Source: Myxococcota bacterium (GTDB lineage: Bacteria > Myxococcota_A > Polyangia > Polyangiales > Sandaracinaceae). From it: a stretch of 64,000 nucleotides of DNA. The DNA lies in assembly GCA_036149055.1 (NCBI GenBank), contig JAYZQJ010000079.1:1-64000 (forward strand), read 5' to 3'. The translations under genes and the position numbers were made by a program. This document shows, one piece after another, positions 35,847 to 46,276 of the stretch. Numbering within the stretch: the first letter of the stretch is position 1; every line of letters begins with the position of its first letter. The notes beneath the pieces were generated by a model, which saw only the letters and a list, made by a program, of their open reading frames with translations, was not told where the DNA came from and ran no database searches.

Positions 35847-37813
35847 AAGCGCAGCAGGGCGACGAGGGCGCGGCGGAGGGCGCGCATGGCGGCGGGCACG
35901 CTCGGCTGGCCGGCGGCGGCGGCGCACTCGGGCCAGGGCCGGCGCTCGAGCACGCGCGCGCGCACCAGGGCGGCGTCGGCCTCGGGCAGGGTCTCGACGC
36001 GGTCGCGGTGGGCCTCGACCAGCGCGGTGAGGGCGTGGGCGGCGGCCTCGTAGGGCCGCGGTCCGGACAGGTAGGCGCGGGCGTCGGCCTCGATCTTCTC
36101 GGGCGCGGCGGGGGTGGGCGCGGGGAGGCCGTCGGCCAGCGCCTCGGCGAGGGCGGGATCGAGGCGGAGGTCGCCGGCCCCGTCGAGCAGCTCGCGCTGC
36201 AGCGGCCACTCCCGCGCGAGGTCGACGCGCAGGCCGTCCACGAGCGCGCGCGCCTCGGGCGTCACCGGGCGGATCATCACCGCCGACGGCTCGCCGGTGC
36301 GCGCGCCGCGGGAGCTGCCCACCCGGACGAGCGCGTACCCGACGCTGCGGCGGAAGGCGAGCAGCTCCCGGGTTACGCCGAAGAGGGTGCCGAAGAGCGC
36401 GGGCGCGTGGACCTCGTGCACGTGCGCGATGAGGCGGGTGGCGAGGCCGCGGCGGCGGAGCGCGGGGTGGGTGGCGATGCGCACGCTGCGGATCATCGGC
36501 AGCTCTCCCGCGCGCACCCGGCCGGCGTGCGAGATGAGCGTGTCGGGGAGGGCGTGACCGCGGATCCGCCCCTCGCCGCGGGCGATGGCCTCGCAGCGCG
36601 CGGCGGGGAGGGCGCCCTCTCGGGCCGCGAGGGTGGCGGCGACGATCCGCCCGCGGGCGCGGAGCCCGTGCACGACGAGGTTGGGCGCGTCGAGCAGGCG
36701 CTGCAGATCGCTCGGCGTCGTCCGGTAGTGGGCGTGCACCAGCAGGCCGAAGGTGTCGCGGAGGGCTCGCTCGTCGGCGGCGAGCGCGTCGGGGTGCAGC
36801 ACCACCGCCTCCACGTCCTCCAGCCCGACGTCGTCGACGCCCTCGGCGGGCTCCGCGTCGAGCGCGAGCGCGGCGAAGACGGCGCGCTCCAGCGGATCGT
36901 CCGGCGCCCAGCGGATCGGGGCCTCGAGCGTGAGCTCGTGGAGGGGGCGGGGGCCGCCGCGGAGCTCGTCGACGAAGCGGAGCACGAAGCCGCGTCCCGT
37001 GCCCTCGTAGCCGTGCGCGGTCGAGGCGAAGGCGAGCCGCGCGCGCGGGTGGGCGGCGGCGATGGCGCGGAGCAGCGGCACGGGGATCTGCGCCGCCTCG
37101 TCCACCACGATCACGTCCGCCTCGACGTCGAGCAGGGCGGCCGGCGCGACGTGGGTGAGCGCGCGGTCGCCCGCGAAGCGGAAGAGCTCGGCGGCGGCCT
37201 CCCGGCTCGGCGCGCTCACCACCGCCTTCACCTCGGGCGGGAGGCCGGCGAGGGCGAGGCCGAGCGCGCTCGACTTGCCGCGGCCGCGATCGCTGAGCAG
37301 CACCGTCGCGCTGGGCCGCGGGGCGGCGAGCGCGCCCCTCAGCGCCTCGACCACCCGGGCCTGCTCCGGCGTGCCCCGGACCGCGCGATCGGCGGGCGCG
37401 AGGGGGGCGGGGCTCTGGCCCGAGAGCGTGGAGAGGTGACGCTCGAGCCGCGCGAAGAAGCGGGTGCCCACGTCCTCGGGGCCGAAGGGGTGCGCCGCGA
37501 GCCGCTCGCGCCCGGCGAGGGGAGGGGCGTCCGGCCAGCGCAGCACGAGCGCGCCGCCGCCCCGCACGAAGCCGTGCGCTTGCCCGATCACGTCGGCGTC
37601 GAGCGCCACGTGCGCGTCGATCACCACCGCGTCGAACGCGCCGCCCAGCCGCCGCCGCACCCGGCCGGGCGTGCTGTGCTCGAAGCCCGCCGGGGCGGGC
37701 GCGTCGCTCACCCACAGCACGTCGGCGGGCGACAGCGCCGCGCACAGGGCGACGGCCGCGCGCCGCGTCTCGTCGGGCGCGCCCCGGAGAAACACGCAGC
37801 GGCGGGGACGCAT
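35843..37813 (-). CDS. tmcA: tRNA(Met) cytidine acetyltransferase
   Basis: DRGRGKS, VDEAAQIP, GYEGTGRGF, PIRW..DDPLE, HYRTTPSDL, RIATHP..RRRGLA. Confidence 0.9.
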   Translation of the reverse strand: MRPRRCVFLRGAPDETRRAAVALCAALSPADVLWVSDAPAPAGFEHSTPGRVRRRLGGAFDAVVIDAHVALDADVIGQAHGFVRGGGALVLRWPDAPPLAGRERLAAHPFGPEDVGTRFFARLERHLSTLSGQSPAPLAPADRAVRGTPEQARVVEALRGALAAPRPSATVLLSDRGRGKSSALGLALAGLPPEVKAVVSAPSREAAAELFRFAGDRALTHVAPAALLDVEADVIVVDEAAQIPVPLLRAIAAAHPRARLAFASTAHGYEGTGRGFVLRFVDELRGGPRPLHELTLEAPIRWAPDDPLERAVFAALALDAEPAEGVDDVGLEDVEAVVLHPDALAADERALRDTFGLLVHAHYRTTPSDLQRLLDAPNLVVHGLRARGRIVAATLAAREGALPAARCEAIARGEGRIRGHALPDTLISHAGRVRAGELPMIRSVRIATHPALRRRGLATRLIAHVHEVHAPALFGTLFGVTRELLAFRRSVGYALVRVGSSRGARTGEPSAVMIRPVTPEARALVDGLRVDLAREWPLQRELLDGAGDLRLDPALAEALADGLPAPTPAAPEKIEADARAYLSGPRPYEAAAHALTALVEAHRDRVETLPEADAALVRARVLERRPWPECAAAAGQPSVPAAMRALRRALVALLRF

Positions 37814-37935
37814 GCCGCATCATCGCGCGGCGCCGCCCCGCGGCAAGGGGTGGGGCGATGGTCCGTAAAGCCGAGCTTTGATCCGGGCGGGGCGCGCGTG
37901 CAGAATGGCGCACCCCGAGCGCCAGGAGGCCACGC

Positions 37936-39684
37936 ATGAGCACCGAGAAACATGGCGGAGACATCGTCGCGGACGTCCTCACGCGACACGGCATCCGTCA
38001 GATCTTCACCCTCTGCGGCGGGCACATCTCGCCGATCCTCACCGGCGCGAAGGCGCGCGGCATCGACATCGTCGACGTGCGCCACGAGGCGAGCGCGGTG
38101 TTCGCGGCGGACGCGGTCGCGCGCATGACCGGCGTGCCGGGGGTCGCGGCCGTCACCGCCGGCCCCGGCGTGACCAACACGCTGACCGCGGTGAAGAACG
38201 CGCAGCTGGCGCAGACCCCCTTGCTGATCTTCGGCGGCGCCACCGCGACCCTGCTCAAGGGGCGCGGCGCGCTGCAGGACATCGACCAGCTCTCGATGGT
38301 GAAGTCCGCGGTGAAGTGGGCGACCGCGGTGAGCACCGTGCCCGCGCTCGGGCCGACGGTGCAGAAGGCCCTCGAGATCGCGCAGAGCGGCGTGCCCGGG
38401 CCGGTGTTCGTCGAGGTGCCCGTCGACCTCCTCTACCCGGAGTCGGTGGTCAAGGGCTGGTACATCAGCGAGAGCGGGGTGGAGAACGCCAAGGGCCTCG
38501 GCGCCAAGGCGCTCGAGCTCTACCTCAAGGGCCACCTCTACAAGCAGTTCCACCTGCCCCACGTCGACCTCGACCTGCCGGAGGTGCGGCTGCCGCGGCG
38601 CAACGACGTGCACGGGCAGATCGACCAGGTCGTCGAGCGGCTGCGGCGCGCGGAGAAGCCGGCGCTCGTGATCGGCAACCAGACGATGGTGAGCTGCCAC
38701 GACCCGCGCTCGCTCGCCGACGCGGTCGACAAGCTCGGCATGCCGGTGTGGCTCGGCGGCGCGGCGCGCGGGCTGCTCGGCCGCGACAGCGACATCCAGT
38801 TCCGGCACAAGCGCGGGCGCGCGCTCAAGGAGGCCGACGTCGTCATCGTCTGCGGCTTCCCCTTCGACTTCCGCCTCAAGTACGGCCGCAGCATCGGCAG
38901 CAAGGCCACGGTGGTGCACGCCAACCTCGCCGAGGACGAGCTGCGCAAGAACCGGCGCCCGGAGATCGCGGTGCACACCCACCCCGCCGACTTCCTGCGC
39001 GGCCTCGCGGAGGCGTTCGGGACCGGGCGCGGGCGCTGGGACAGCTGGATCGCCGCCTGCCGCGAGCGCGAGCAGAAGCGCGACGACGAGATCGCCGCCC
39101 AGGCGACCACCGAAGGGGAGCTCGTCGACCCCATCTACCTCTTCCAGCGCATCGAGGAGAAGATGGCCGACGACTCGGTCATCGTCGCCGACGGCGGCGA
39201 CTTCGTGGCCACCGGCGCCTACGTGCTCAAGCCGCGGCGCCCGCTCTCGTGGCTCGATCCGGGCGTCTACGGCACCCTCGGGGTCGGAGGCGGCTTCGCG
39301 GTCGGCGCCGCCTGCGTTCGCCGCGAGGCCGAGGTCTGGCTCATCTGGGGCGACGGCTCGAGCGCGTACAGCCTCGCGGAGTTCGACACCTGCGTGCGTC
39401 ACGGGCTCGCGCCGATCGCGGTGGTCGGCACCGACGCCTCCTGGCAGCAGATCGCGCGCGACCAGGTGGAGCTCCTCGGAGACGACGTGGGCACCACCCT
39501 TCTGCGCACGCCGTACCACACCGTCGCCGAGGGTTACGGCGGGGTGGGGCTCCTGCTCACGGACGCCTCGAAGGTGGACGAGACGATCGATGAGGCAAAG
39601 CGACTGTCCAAGGAAGGGAAGCCCGTGCTGGTGAACGTTCACCTCGCGGCGAGCGACTTCCGCAAAGGATCCATCTCGATCTGA
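37936..39684 (+). CDS. ThDP-dependent enzyme, ILVBL/2-hydroxyacyl-CoA lyase-like
   Basis: [52 protein letters not shown] aggagg. Confidence 0.88.
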   Translation: MSTEKHGGDIVADVLTRHGIRQIFTLCGGHISPILTGAKARGIDIVDVRHEASAVFAADAVARMTGVPGVAAVTAGPGVTNTLTAVKNAQLAQTPLLIFGGATATLLKGRGALQDIDQLSMVKSAVKWATAVSTVPALGPTVQKALEIAQSGVPGPVFVEVPVDLLYPESVVKGWYISESGVENAKGLGAKALELYLKGHLYKQFHLPHVDLDLPEVRLPRRNDVHGQIDQVVERLRRAEKPALVIGNQTMVSCHDPRSLADAVDKLGMPVWLGGAARGLLGRDSDIQFRHKRGRALKEADVVIVCGFPFDFRLKYGRSIGSKATVVHANLAEDELRKNRRPEIAVHTHPADFLRGLAEAFGTGRGRWDSWIAACREREQKRDDEIAAQATTEGELVDPIYLFQRIEEKMADDSVIVADGGDFVATGAYVLKPRRPLSWLDPGVYGTLGVGGGFAVGAACVRREAEVWLIWGDGSSAYSLAEFDTCVRHGLAPIAVVGTDASWQQIARDQVELLGDDVGTTLLRTPYHTVAEGYGGVGLLLTDASKVDETIDEAKRLSKEGKPVLVNVHLAASDFRKGSISI

Positions 39685-39797
39685 GACGGCGTGCGCTTCC
39701 GCTGCGCCCTTCGGTCGCGGCTGCGCAAAACCTTCGTCGCGCCGGCTCCAGCGGCCACGCGGCGGGGGCTGGCCCTCCTCTTGCTCCCAGTTGGGGC

Positions 39798-40061
39798 ATG
39801 CAGGATGCGGTCAGCACGCCGGACAGCGAGGGGGAACGTCCGGACACCGTGCAGTTCCTCTGCGAGCGCGCTCAGAGACGCGCGCGCCGCGTCAGCGAGC
39901 AGTGCATGCGCACCGTCTCGACGTTCCGTGCGCCGGCCCCGGGGCCGGTCGAGCACGTCGATCCGAGGCGGCTCGCGCGCCTGCACGAGGCCCCGCGCGA
40001 CGTCCCGAACGAGGACCGGTACGCGCAGGACCTCGCGACGCGGGTGGGGCGCTGGGGGTAA
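39798..40061 (+). CDS. Possible small hypothetical protein (87 aa)
   Basis: Fills intergenic gap; plausible codon bias; weak SD. Confidence 0.4.
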   Translation: MQDAVSTPDSEGERPDTVQFLCERAQRRARRVSEQCMRTVSTFRAPAPGPVEHVDPRRLARLHEAPRDVPNEDRYAQDLATRVGRWG

Positions 40062-40103
40062 TCGGGGAGGGGAGCTCCCAGCGCCCCCGGTCGGGAACGA
40101 GGG

Positions 40104-40946
40104 TCACAGCACGAGCGAGGCGTAGCCGACGAAGCTCTCGTCGGGGCGCACGTCGAAGCTGAGGTAGTGATCGACGAGCACCGGCGTCAGGCCGCCTTCG
40201 AAGGCGCGCACCGCCTCCATCGTGGCGACCGCCGCGCCGGGACAGCACGCGCTTCGGTGCTCGACGCCATGGCTCAGCGCCATCTCTGCGTCGGCGCCGA
40301 GCACCGCGTCGAGGAAGCCGCGGTCGTTCTGGCTGCGCACCCACTCGACCGCGTCCGGCCCGCGACCGCGCGGCGCGAAGGCGTAGTTGGGTCCGTAGTG
40401 GGTGAGGTCCGTGGATCCCACGAACACGGGATCCTCCCCCGCCTCGCGGAGCCGCCCGCCCACGTGCCGTCCGATCTCGAGCGCGACCTTCGCCATCGCG
40501 ATGCCCATCATGATCATCGGGGTACCCGGGAAGTGGTGGGCGACGAACGGCAGGTGCAGCTCGACCGCGTTGTCCGGGCGCAGCGGCTGCACCGGCTCCT
40601 CGTCCAGCGACAGCTCGGCGGCGAGCGTCTCCGCCAGCGGGTGGGTCGGGATGCGGCCGAGCGGGGTCTCCCAGCCGTCCCCCACGAACGCGGTGTTCGG
40701 CCCCTCCGGGCCGCGGTGCGAGCCGAAGAGTACCACCACCGAGGGGCTCGGGTGCGCGGCCGCGAGCCAGCGATAGCCCCGCCCCGCGCAGTCGCCGGAG
40801 AAGGCCCACCCGGCGTGGGGCGCCAGCAACCCACGTTGCGCCGCCACCTTCGGCTCGGCGTCGGCGCCGTAGCGTCCGACCGCGTCGCGGCAGGCGCCGG
40901 GGTCTCTCGGGTACCATCTTCCTGCGAGCTGGGCGGGGCGATCCAT
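40104..40946 (-). CDS. amrB: AmmeMemoRadiSam system protein B (MEMO1 family)
   Basis: AGRWYP, APHAG, ETPLG, ELHLPF, STDLTHYG, VGYA. Confidence 0.9.
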   Translation of the reverse strand: MDRPAQLAGRWYPRDPGACRDAVGRYGADAEPKVAAQRGLLAPHAGWAFSGDCAGRGYRWLAAAHPSPSVVVLFGSHRGPEGPNTAFVGDGWETPLGRIPTHPLAETLAAELSLDEEPVQPLRPDNAVELHLPFVAHHFPGTPMIMMGIAMAKVALEIGRHVGGRLREAGEDPVFVGSTDLTHYGPNYAFAPRGRGPDAVEWVRSQNDRGFLDAVLGADAEMALSHGVEHRSACCPGAAVATMEAVRAFEGGLTPVLVDHYLSFDVRPDESFVGYASLVL

Positions 40947-41118
40947 GCGGAACAAGCTATTCACGGTGGCGGTGATGACCAAGCTCGCGCTCCTCGCGCC
41001 GGGCTGCATCGAGGTCGATCCGACCCTCGACGGCGCGGCCCGCGACGCGGGGCCGAGCGACGCGAGCACGACGGGGGCGGAGGAGGGGCTCCGGGCGGAG
41101 GACGGGGCGGAGGAGTGA
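40945..41118 (+). CDS. Possible 57-aa lipopeptide (below the ORF-track cutoff)
   Basis: [21 protein letters not shown] then acidic tail; alternative start at 40975. Confidence 0.35.
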   Translation: MRNKLFTVAVMTKLALLAPGCIEVDPTLDGAARDAGPSDASTTGAEEGLRAEDGAEE

Positions 41119-41138
41119 ACGGAGAGGCGGGGGCGGAT

Positions 41139-41281
<143 letters not shown>

Positions 41282-41308
41282 ACGCTCTGCAGCGTGCTTT
41301 GCACGCTG

Positions 41309-42388
41309 CTAGAGCGTCAGGGCAAAACCGACACGCAACGCCGTCGCCAACCCCGTCGTCGCCACCACCGGCTCCGGGCCGGCGAGGCCGCGGTGGCCCA
41401 GCAGGGTGACGCCCAGGTCCAGGTCTCCGAAGATCGCGAAGCGCTCGGACGGAGACACGGCCACGCGCGCGGTGGCGGCGAGGGCGACGCTCGCGCCCTG
41501 TCCTCGGCGGGTGCTTCCTTCGGTGGGGCGGCCGGCGAGGGTCGCGTAGCCGACGTCGACGCGCACGCCGGGCGCGAGCGCGAGCCAGGGGGTCGGCTCG
41601 AGGCGAACGGCGGCGAGCAGGCCCGCGGTCAGGAGCCAGAGCTCGGCCTGCCCGCTCGGGTGGTCGCCCGACGCGAAGCTCGCGCCCACGTCGAGGCCGA
41701 AGCGGAGCGGGCGCGGGAGATCGAAGACCGCCCCGACCCGGGCCCCGAGCGGCCAGGTCCCCGACTCCGGGAAGCCGCGGGCCTCGAAGGCGATCCAGAA
41801 GGCGCCGAGCCGCTCGGGCGGGGGCGGCGGCGCCTGCGGCTCGGGCGGGGGCGGAGACGGCAGGGGCACCACGAGGCTCCGGGTGGCCGGCGGGCGGGCG
41901 GGCTCGGCCGAGGGAGCCTCGGGGGTGGGCGTGGCCGGGCGCCCGGTCTCCCGCTCCCGCTCCGCGATCAGGTGCTGGAGCCGGGCCTGCTCGGCCGCGG
42001 CGACCGCCATCGTGCGGGGGCGCATCTCGGCGGCGAGCTCGGTCATGTCGACCGACTGATGCACGCTCGGGCCCCCGGCGGCCGCGACCACCACGAGCAC
42101 CGTGCCCGTCTCCCCGCAGCCGGCGCGGAAGTGCACGATCAGCGGCGCCTCGGGCGCCGTCTCCTCGGGGCCGAGGGTCACGACGGTCACCTCCTCGATG
42201 CCGGCGAGGCCGAGCTCGAGGCGGAGCAGGCGGGCGAAGCGGGGGCCGCCGAACGGCGGGTCGCAGCGCGGCACGAGCACGGTGGCCGCGCGCGCGGGGG
42301 CCTCCGCCTGGGCCAGTGCCGAGGTGTGCGAGAGGAGCGCGGCTACGGCGAGGAGGCCGGCGCCCAGTGCGTGACTTGTTCCGCCCAA
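41309..42388 (-). CDS. Hypothetical exported protein with C-terminal beta-barrel-like region
   Basis: Signal-like N-terminus ALA-QA, Pro-rich linker, amphipathic beta strands ending LRVGFALTL; start uncertain. Confidence 0.72.
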   Translation of the reverse strand: MGGTSHALGAGLLAVAALLSHTSALAQAEAPARAATVLVPRCDPPFGGPRFARLLRLELGLAGIEEVTVVTLGPEETAPEAPLIVHFRAGCGETGTVLVVVAAAGGPSVHQSVDMTELAAEMRPRTMAVAAAEQARLQHLIAERERETGRPATPTPEAPSAEPARPPATRSLVVPLPSPPPPEPQAPPPPPERLGAFWIAFEARGFPESGTWPLGARVGAVFDLPRPLRFGLDVGASFASGDHPSGQAELWLLTAGLLAAVRLEPTPWLALAPGVRVDVGYATLAGRPTEGSTRRGQGASVALAATARVAVSPSERFAIFGDLDLGVTLLGHRGLAGPEPVVATTGLATALRVGFALTL

Positions 42389-43584
42389 CGTCCGTCCGGG
42401 TGGCGGTCATGATACTCGGCGGCCGCCGCGCGCGCCTCCGTGGCCCGGCCCGCCCGGGTCAGCGCCTCGACCCGCATCGCGCGTGCGTCCTCCGCGAGCG
42501 CGCCGGGCAGGCCGAGCGCGAGGGCGCGGGCGAGCGCCTCGGCCGCCTCCGCCGGCTGGTCCAGGCGCCGCAGCGCGAGCCGGCCGAGGGTGACCGCGGC
42601 CATCGCGCTCCGGGCGTCCCGAGGGTGCTCCGCGAGGAGGCGGCGCAGCGCCGCGGCCGCGTCCGAGGGATCGCCCCCGGCGCGCGCGGCGTCGGCCCGC
42701 TCCCAGAGCGCGTCGGCGCTCGGGCCCCGAGGCCGCCGCGTGGAGGGGCGCGGCGGCGCGGGCTCCGCCTCGACGAGCGCCTGCTCGGCGTGGACGGGCG
42801 TCGCCTCGTCCGCCGCCGCCTCGTCCGCGGCCGCCTCGTCCGCCGCCGCCTCGTCCGCGGCCGCCTCGTTCGCCGCCGCCTCGTCCGCCGCCGCCTCGTC
42901 CGCGGCCGCCTCGTCCGCCGCCGCCTCGTCCGCCGCCGGCTCGTCGACCATCGTGCCTTCGCGCGGCGCGTCGGCCGCCTCTCCGGCGAGGGCCAGGGGC
43001 TCCGTGTCGCCCACCCGGACCGACTCTCCGGCCGTCAGCCGGGTCACGCCGTCGTCCAGGTCCTCGTGGCGGACCAGGACCACCCCGCGCTCGACCTCGA
43101 CGTCCACCCGGTCGCCGTCGCGCCGGACCGTGAACACGGTGCCGACGACCTCGACCCGGGCGCCGGCCTCGATCACCCAGCGCCGGGGCCCGCCCGGGGT
43201 CACCTCGAAGCGGGCGACGCCGTGGGCCAGCCGGAGCGCGACCCGCTGACCCGAGCTCTCGAGCACCTCGAGGTCGGCGTCGGCGCCGAGCTGCAGGCGC
43301 GAGCCGTCGGACAGGTCGACCACCGGGCCCTCGACGCGATCGAAGGCGCCGCCGTCGACGAGGGTCAGCGCCTCGGGCGCGTCCTCCCGCCCGAGCACGA
43401 AGAGGGCGACCGCGGCGGCGGCGGCGAGCGCGCCGGCGACCTTCCAGCCGGCCCGACGAGGGGGCGAGGTGCGGCGCCGGGCCGCGATCGCGCGCCAGTT
43501 GTCGTTCAGGCGCGCCTCGTCGACCGCGTCCTCGGTGAGCGCGCGCAGCGTCGGCGTCTCTCGGTCAGGGCTCACGTCGTCCAT
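42343..43584 (-). CDS. FecR-domain anti-sigma factor with C-terminal TPR
   Basis: TM helix, LSDGSRLQL, VEVVGTVFTV, VEVERGVV, LTAGE; TPR-like helices; SD ggagagg. Confidence 0.88.
   Translation of the reverse strand: MDDVSPDRETPTLRALTEDAVDEARLNDNWRAIAARRRTSPPRRAGWKVAGALAAAAAVALFVLGREDAPEALTLVDGGAFDRVEGPVVDLSDGSRLQLGADADLEVLESSGQRVALRLAHGVARFEVTPGGPRRWVIEAGARVEVVGTVFTVRRDGDRVDVEVERGVVLVRHEDLDDGVTRLTAGESVRVGDTEPLALAGEAADAPREGTMVDEPAADEAAADEAAADEAAADEAAANEAAADEAAADEAAADEAAADEATPVHAEQALVEAEPAPPRPSTRRPRGPSADALWERADAARAGGDPSDAAAALRRLLAEHPRDARSAMAAVTLGRLALRRLDQPAEAAEALARALALGLPGALAEDARAMRVEALTRAGRATEARAAAAEYHDRHPDGRWAEQVTHWAPASSP
42802..42946. repeat. 15-bp coding tandem repeat (~10 units) encoding (DEAAA)n
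   Basis: cgcctcgtccgc(c/g)gc units. Confidence 0.92.
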
Positions 43585-44198
43585 CCTCTCCCCGAGCGCG
43601 CGACGTCGATCGCGCTGTCCGCGGCGCTCAGGCGTCGCTTCATCGTCGCGGTGGAGCAGTCGACCGCGTCGGCGGTCTCGCGGATCGACCAGCCCTCGAC
43701 GCGGTGGAGGAGCCAGACCAGGCGCTGCTCCACCGGCAGGGTCGCCAGGATGCGATCCAGCTCTGCCAGCTCCGCCCGCAGATCCGGGCGCGTCCCGTCG
43801 ACCGCCCGGGCCGCGAAGCCCGCGTCGTCGACCCCGCGGTCGAGGTGCACCAGCTGCAGCAGCTTGCGGCGCCGGAGATGCCGTCGGACCTCGTTCAGCG
43901 CGATCCGCGAGACCCACGCCCGGAACGCGCTCCCCGCCCGGAGCGTCTCGAGCCGCCCGAAGGCGATGACGAAGGTGTCCTGCACGATGTCGTCGGCGTC
44001 CGCGTGCCGACCGACCAGGCGCACGACGGCGGAGGTCACCGCGGCCGCGTGGCGACGATAGAGCGCCTCCTCGGCCCAGCGATCGCCGCCCCGGGCGCGC
44101 TCCACGAGCGTTTCGTCATCGATACCCTCGGCCACCGCGGCGGGCCTCCCTTCGCGGGAGACCAGCGCGAGCATCCTCGGGCGCTCAGGGTCGGTCAC
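43572..44198 (-). CDS. ECF sigma-70 factor
   Basis: DETLVERAR.GD, DDIVQDTF, FRAWVSRIA, LPVEQR..EGWSIRETA. Confidence 0.92.
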   Translation of the reverse strand: MTDPERPRMLALVSREGRPAAVAEGIDDETLVERARGGDRWAEEALYRRHAAAVTSAVVRLVGRHADADDIVQDTFVIAFGRLETLRAGSAFRAWVSRIALNEVRRHLRRRKLLQLVHLDRGVDDAGFAARAVDGTRPDLRAELAELDRILATLPVEQRLVWLLHRVEGWSIRETADAVDCSTATMKRRLSAADSAIDVARSGRGWTT

Positions 44199-44284
44199 GA
44201 CGTCAGGATGCGCGGCGGCGCGCGAAATGGCTCATATTCTCGAAAGTGAGCCAGCCCCGGCCCATCGCCGCCTCCTCCCCTCGG

Positions 44285-46243
44285 ATGCTCAGGACTCTCC
44301 TCCTCGCCCTGCTGCTGGGCGGCTGCGCGGTCGATCACGACCTGCTGGCGGTCGACGCCGGGCGCGGGGACGCGGGCCCGATGGCCGACTCGGACGGAGA
44401 CGGGATCCGCGACCTCGACGAGGGCGCGCCCGAGCGGGACACCGACGGCGACGGCACCCCCGACTTCCTGGACCTCGACAGCGACGACGACGGCATCCCC
44501 GACGCGCGCGAGGCCGGGGACGACCGCCTCGCCACCCCGCCGCGGGACTCCGACTACGACGGCGAGCCGGACTTCGTCGACCTCGACAGCGACGACAACG
44601 GCATGCCGGACGCGGTCGAAGGGGAGGGCGACTACGACCTCGACGGGGTCCCGAACTACGCCGACCTCGACGACGACAACGACCTGGTGCTCGACCGGGT
44701 GGAGCTCGACGGCGTGCTCGACCCGCCGATCGACTCGGACGGCGACGGCCGGCCGAACTTCCGCGACAACGACAGCGACAACGACCGCATCCTCGACGGC
44801 GACGAGCACGGCGCCGACACCGACGGCGACAGCCTCGACGACTCCGAGGACCTCGACTCCGACGGCGACGGGATCTCGGACATGCGCGAGGCGGGAGACG
44901 ACGATCTCTTCTCGCCGCCGTTCGACACCGACGGCGACGGCATCCCCGACTTCCGCGACCTCGACAGCGACGCCGACGGGCTGACCGACCTCAGCGAGGT
45001 CGAGCGCGGCACCAGCCCGACCGACGCCGACACCGACGGCGACGGAGTCTCCGATCTCATCGAGCGCGCGGCGGGCACGGACCCGAACGACCCGCGCGTC
45101 AGCCCGCTCACCCGCGGCGACTTCGTGTTCGTCGTCGACTACATGGCGGAGCCCGATCCCCCGGTCGACACCCTCGAGTTCCGGACGAGCATCCAGTTCG
45201 CCGATCTCTACTTCCTCTTCGACGTGACCTCGTCGATGCGGACCGAGCTGTCGACTCTGCGCGCCGCGACCACGAGCCTCCTCTCGAACCTCACCTGCAA
45301 CGAGACCGGCTTCTCCTGCGACACCGACGCCGACTGCGCGGCGGGGCTCGTGTGCAGCCTGACCGGGAGCTGCACCGAGGACCCCACGCGCGGCTCGTGC
45401 ATCGCCAGCCCCTGGAGCGGCGGCGGCTACTTCACGTCCACCTTCGTCAACCTCCTGCCCCTGCAGGCGGTGCCGGAGGCGACCCGGGCGGCGCTCGAGA
45501 CGACGGCGACCGGCTCGGTGGAGGAGCTCTTCGGCGCGGCCTGGTCGGTCGTCGACCCCGGGGGCTCGCCGGGGAGCGAGTCGGGCTGCGTGAGCGGCGC
45601 CGCCAGGCTGGGCTGCGTGGGCTTCCGGCCGCAGGCGGTGAAGATCCTGGTGGCCTTCACCGACGAGGACAGCGACGGCCTGGTGACCGCGACCCAGGCC
45701 GGGCGCGCGCTCCGCGACGCGGGGGTCACCCTGCTCGGGGTGTGGAGCGGGGACCCGGCGAGCGCCGAGCGCGCCGACCTCGAGGCGCTGGCCCGGGAGA
45801 GCGGCTCCCTCGACGCCAGGGGCGCGCCGCTGGTGTTCGACGGCCGGGACGCGGCGGTGGTGCCGGCGGTGGCCGACGCCATCCAGGAGCTCGTGCGCGG
45901 GGTCCCGCTGCGGGTGCGCATCGAGGCGAGCGAGGAGGACGGCGACGACGGCGACGCGCTCCAGTTCATCGACCACCTCGAGGTCAACGTCGGCGGCGGA
46001 GCCTGTTCGGCCGTGGCTCCGGTGGAGGACGGCGACGGCGACGGGCGCCCCGACGTGTTCGGGGCCCTGGTGCCCGGCACGCCGGTCTGCTGGGACGTGC
46101 ATCCGGCCCGCAACGACGCGGTGCCGCGGCAGATCGAGCCCCAGGTGTTCCGGGCGAGGCTCACCGTCTACGGCGACGACTCTCCGCTGGACTCGCGCAT
46201 CGTCTACTTCCTGATCCCGCCGCGCATCGCGCTCCCGGGGTGA
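44285..46243 (+). CDS. Lipoprotein with DxDxDG Ca-binding (TSP3-like) repeats and vWA-like domain (CglD/integrin-beta-like)
   Basis: Lipobox LGGC; many DSDxDG repeats; DLYFLFDVTSSM, GFRPQAVKILVAFTDE. Confidence 0.82.
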   Translation: MLRTLLLALLLGGCAVDHDLLAVDAGRGDAGPMADSDGDGIRDLDEGAPERDTDGDGTPDFLDLDSDDDGIPDAREAGDDRLATPPRDSDYDGEPDFVDLDSDDNGMPDAVEGEGDYDLDGVPNYADLDDDNDLVLDRVELDGVLDPPIDSDGDGRPNFRDNDSDNDRILDGDEHGADTDGDSLDDSEDLDSDGDGISDMREAGDDDLFSPPFDTDGDGIPDFRDLDSDADGLTDLSEVERGTSPTDADTDGDGVSDLIERAAGTDPNDPRVSPLTRGDFVFVVDYMAEPDPPVDTLEFRTSIQFADLYFLFDVTSSMRTELSTLRAATTSLLSNLTCNETGFSCDTDADCAAGLVCSLTGSCTEDPTRGSCIASPWSGGGYFTSTFVNLLPLQAVPEATRAALETTATGSVEELFGAAWSVVDPGGSPGSESGCVSGAARLGCVGFRPQAVKILVAFTDEDSDGLVTATQAGRALRDAGVTLLGVWSGDPASAERADLEALARESGSLDARGAPLVFDGRDAAVVPAVADAIQELVRGVPLRVRIEASEEDGDDGDALQFIDHLEVNVGGGACSAVAPVEDGDGDGRPDVFGALVPGTPVCWDVHPARNDAVPRQIEPQVFRARLTVYGDDSPLDSRIVYFLIPPRIALPG

Positions 46244-46276
46244 CGGTGACCGATCGGTGCGTCATGGTGACGGCCG

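Noticed and set aside
39685..39790. Possible REP element or terminator with a cTTCGg loop
   Set aside because: Stem is imperfect, there is no U-tract, and I found no second copy in the window.
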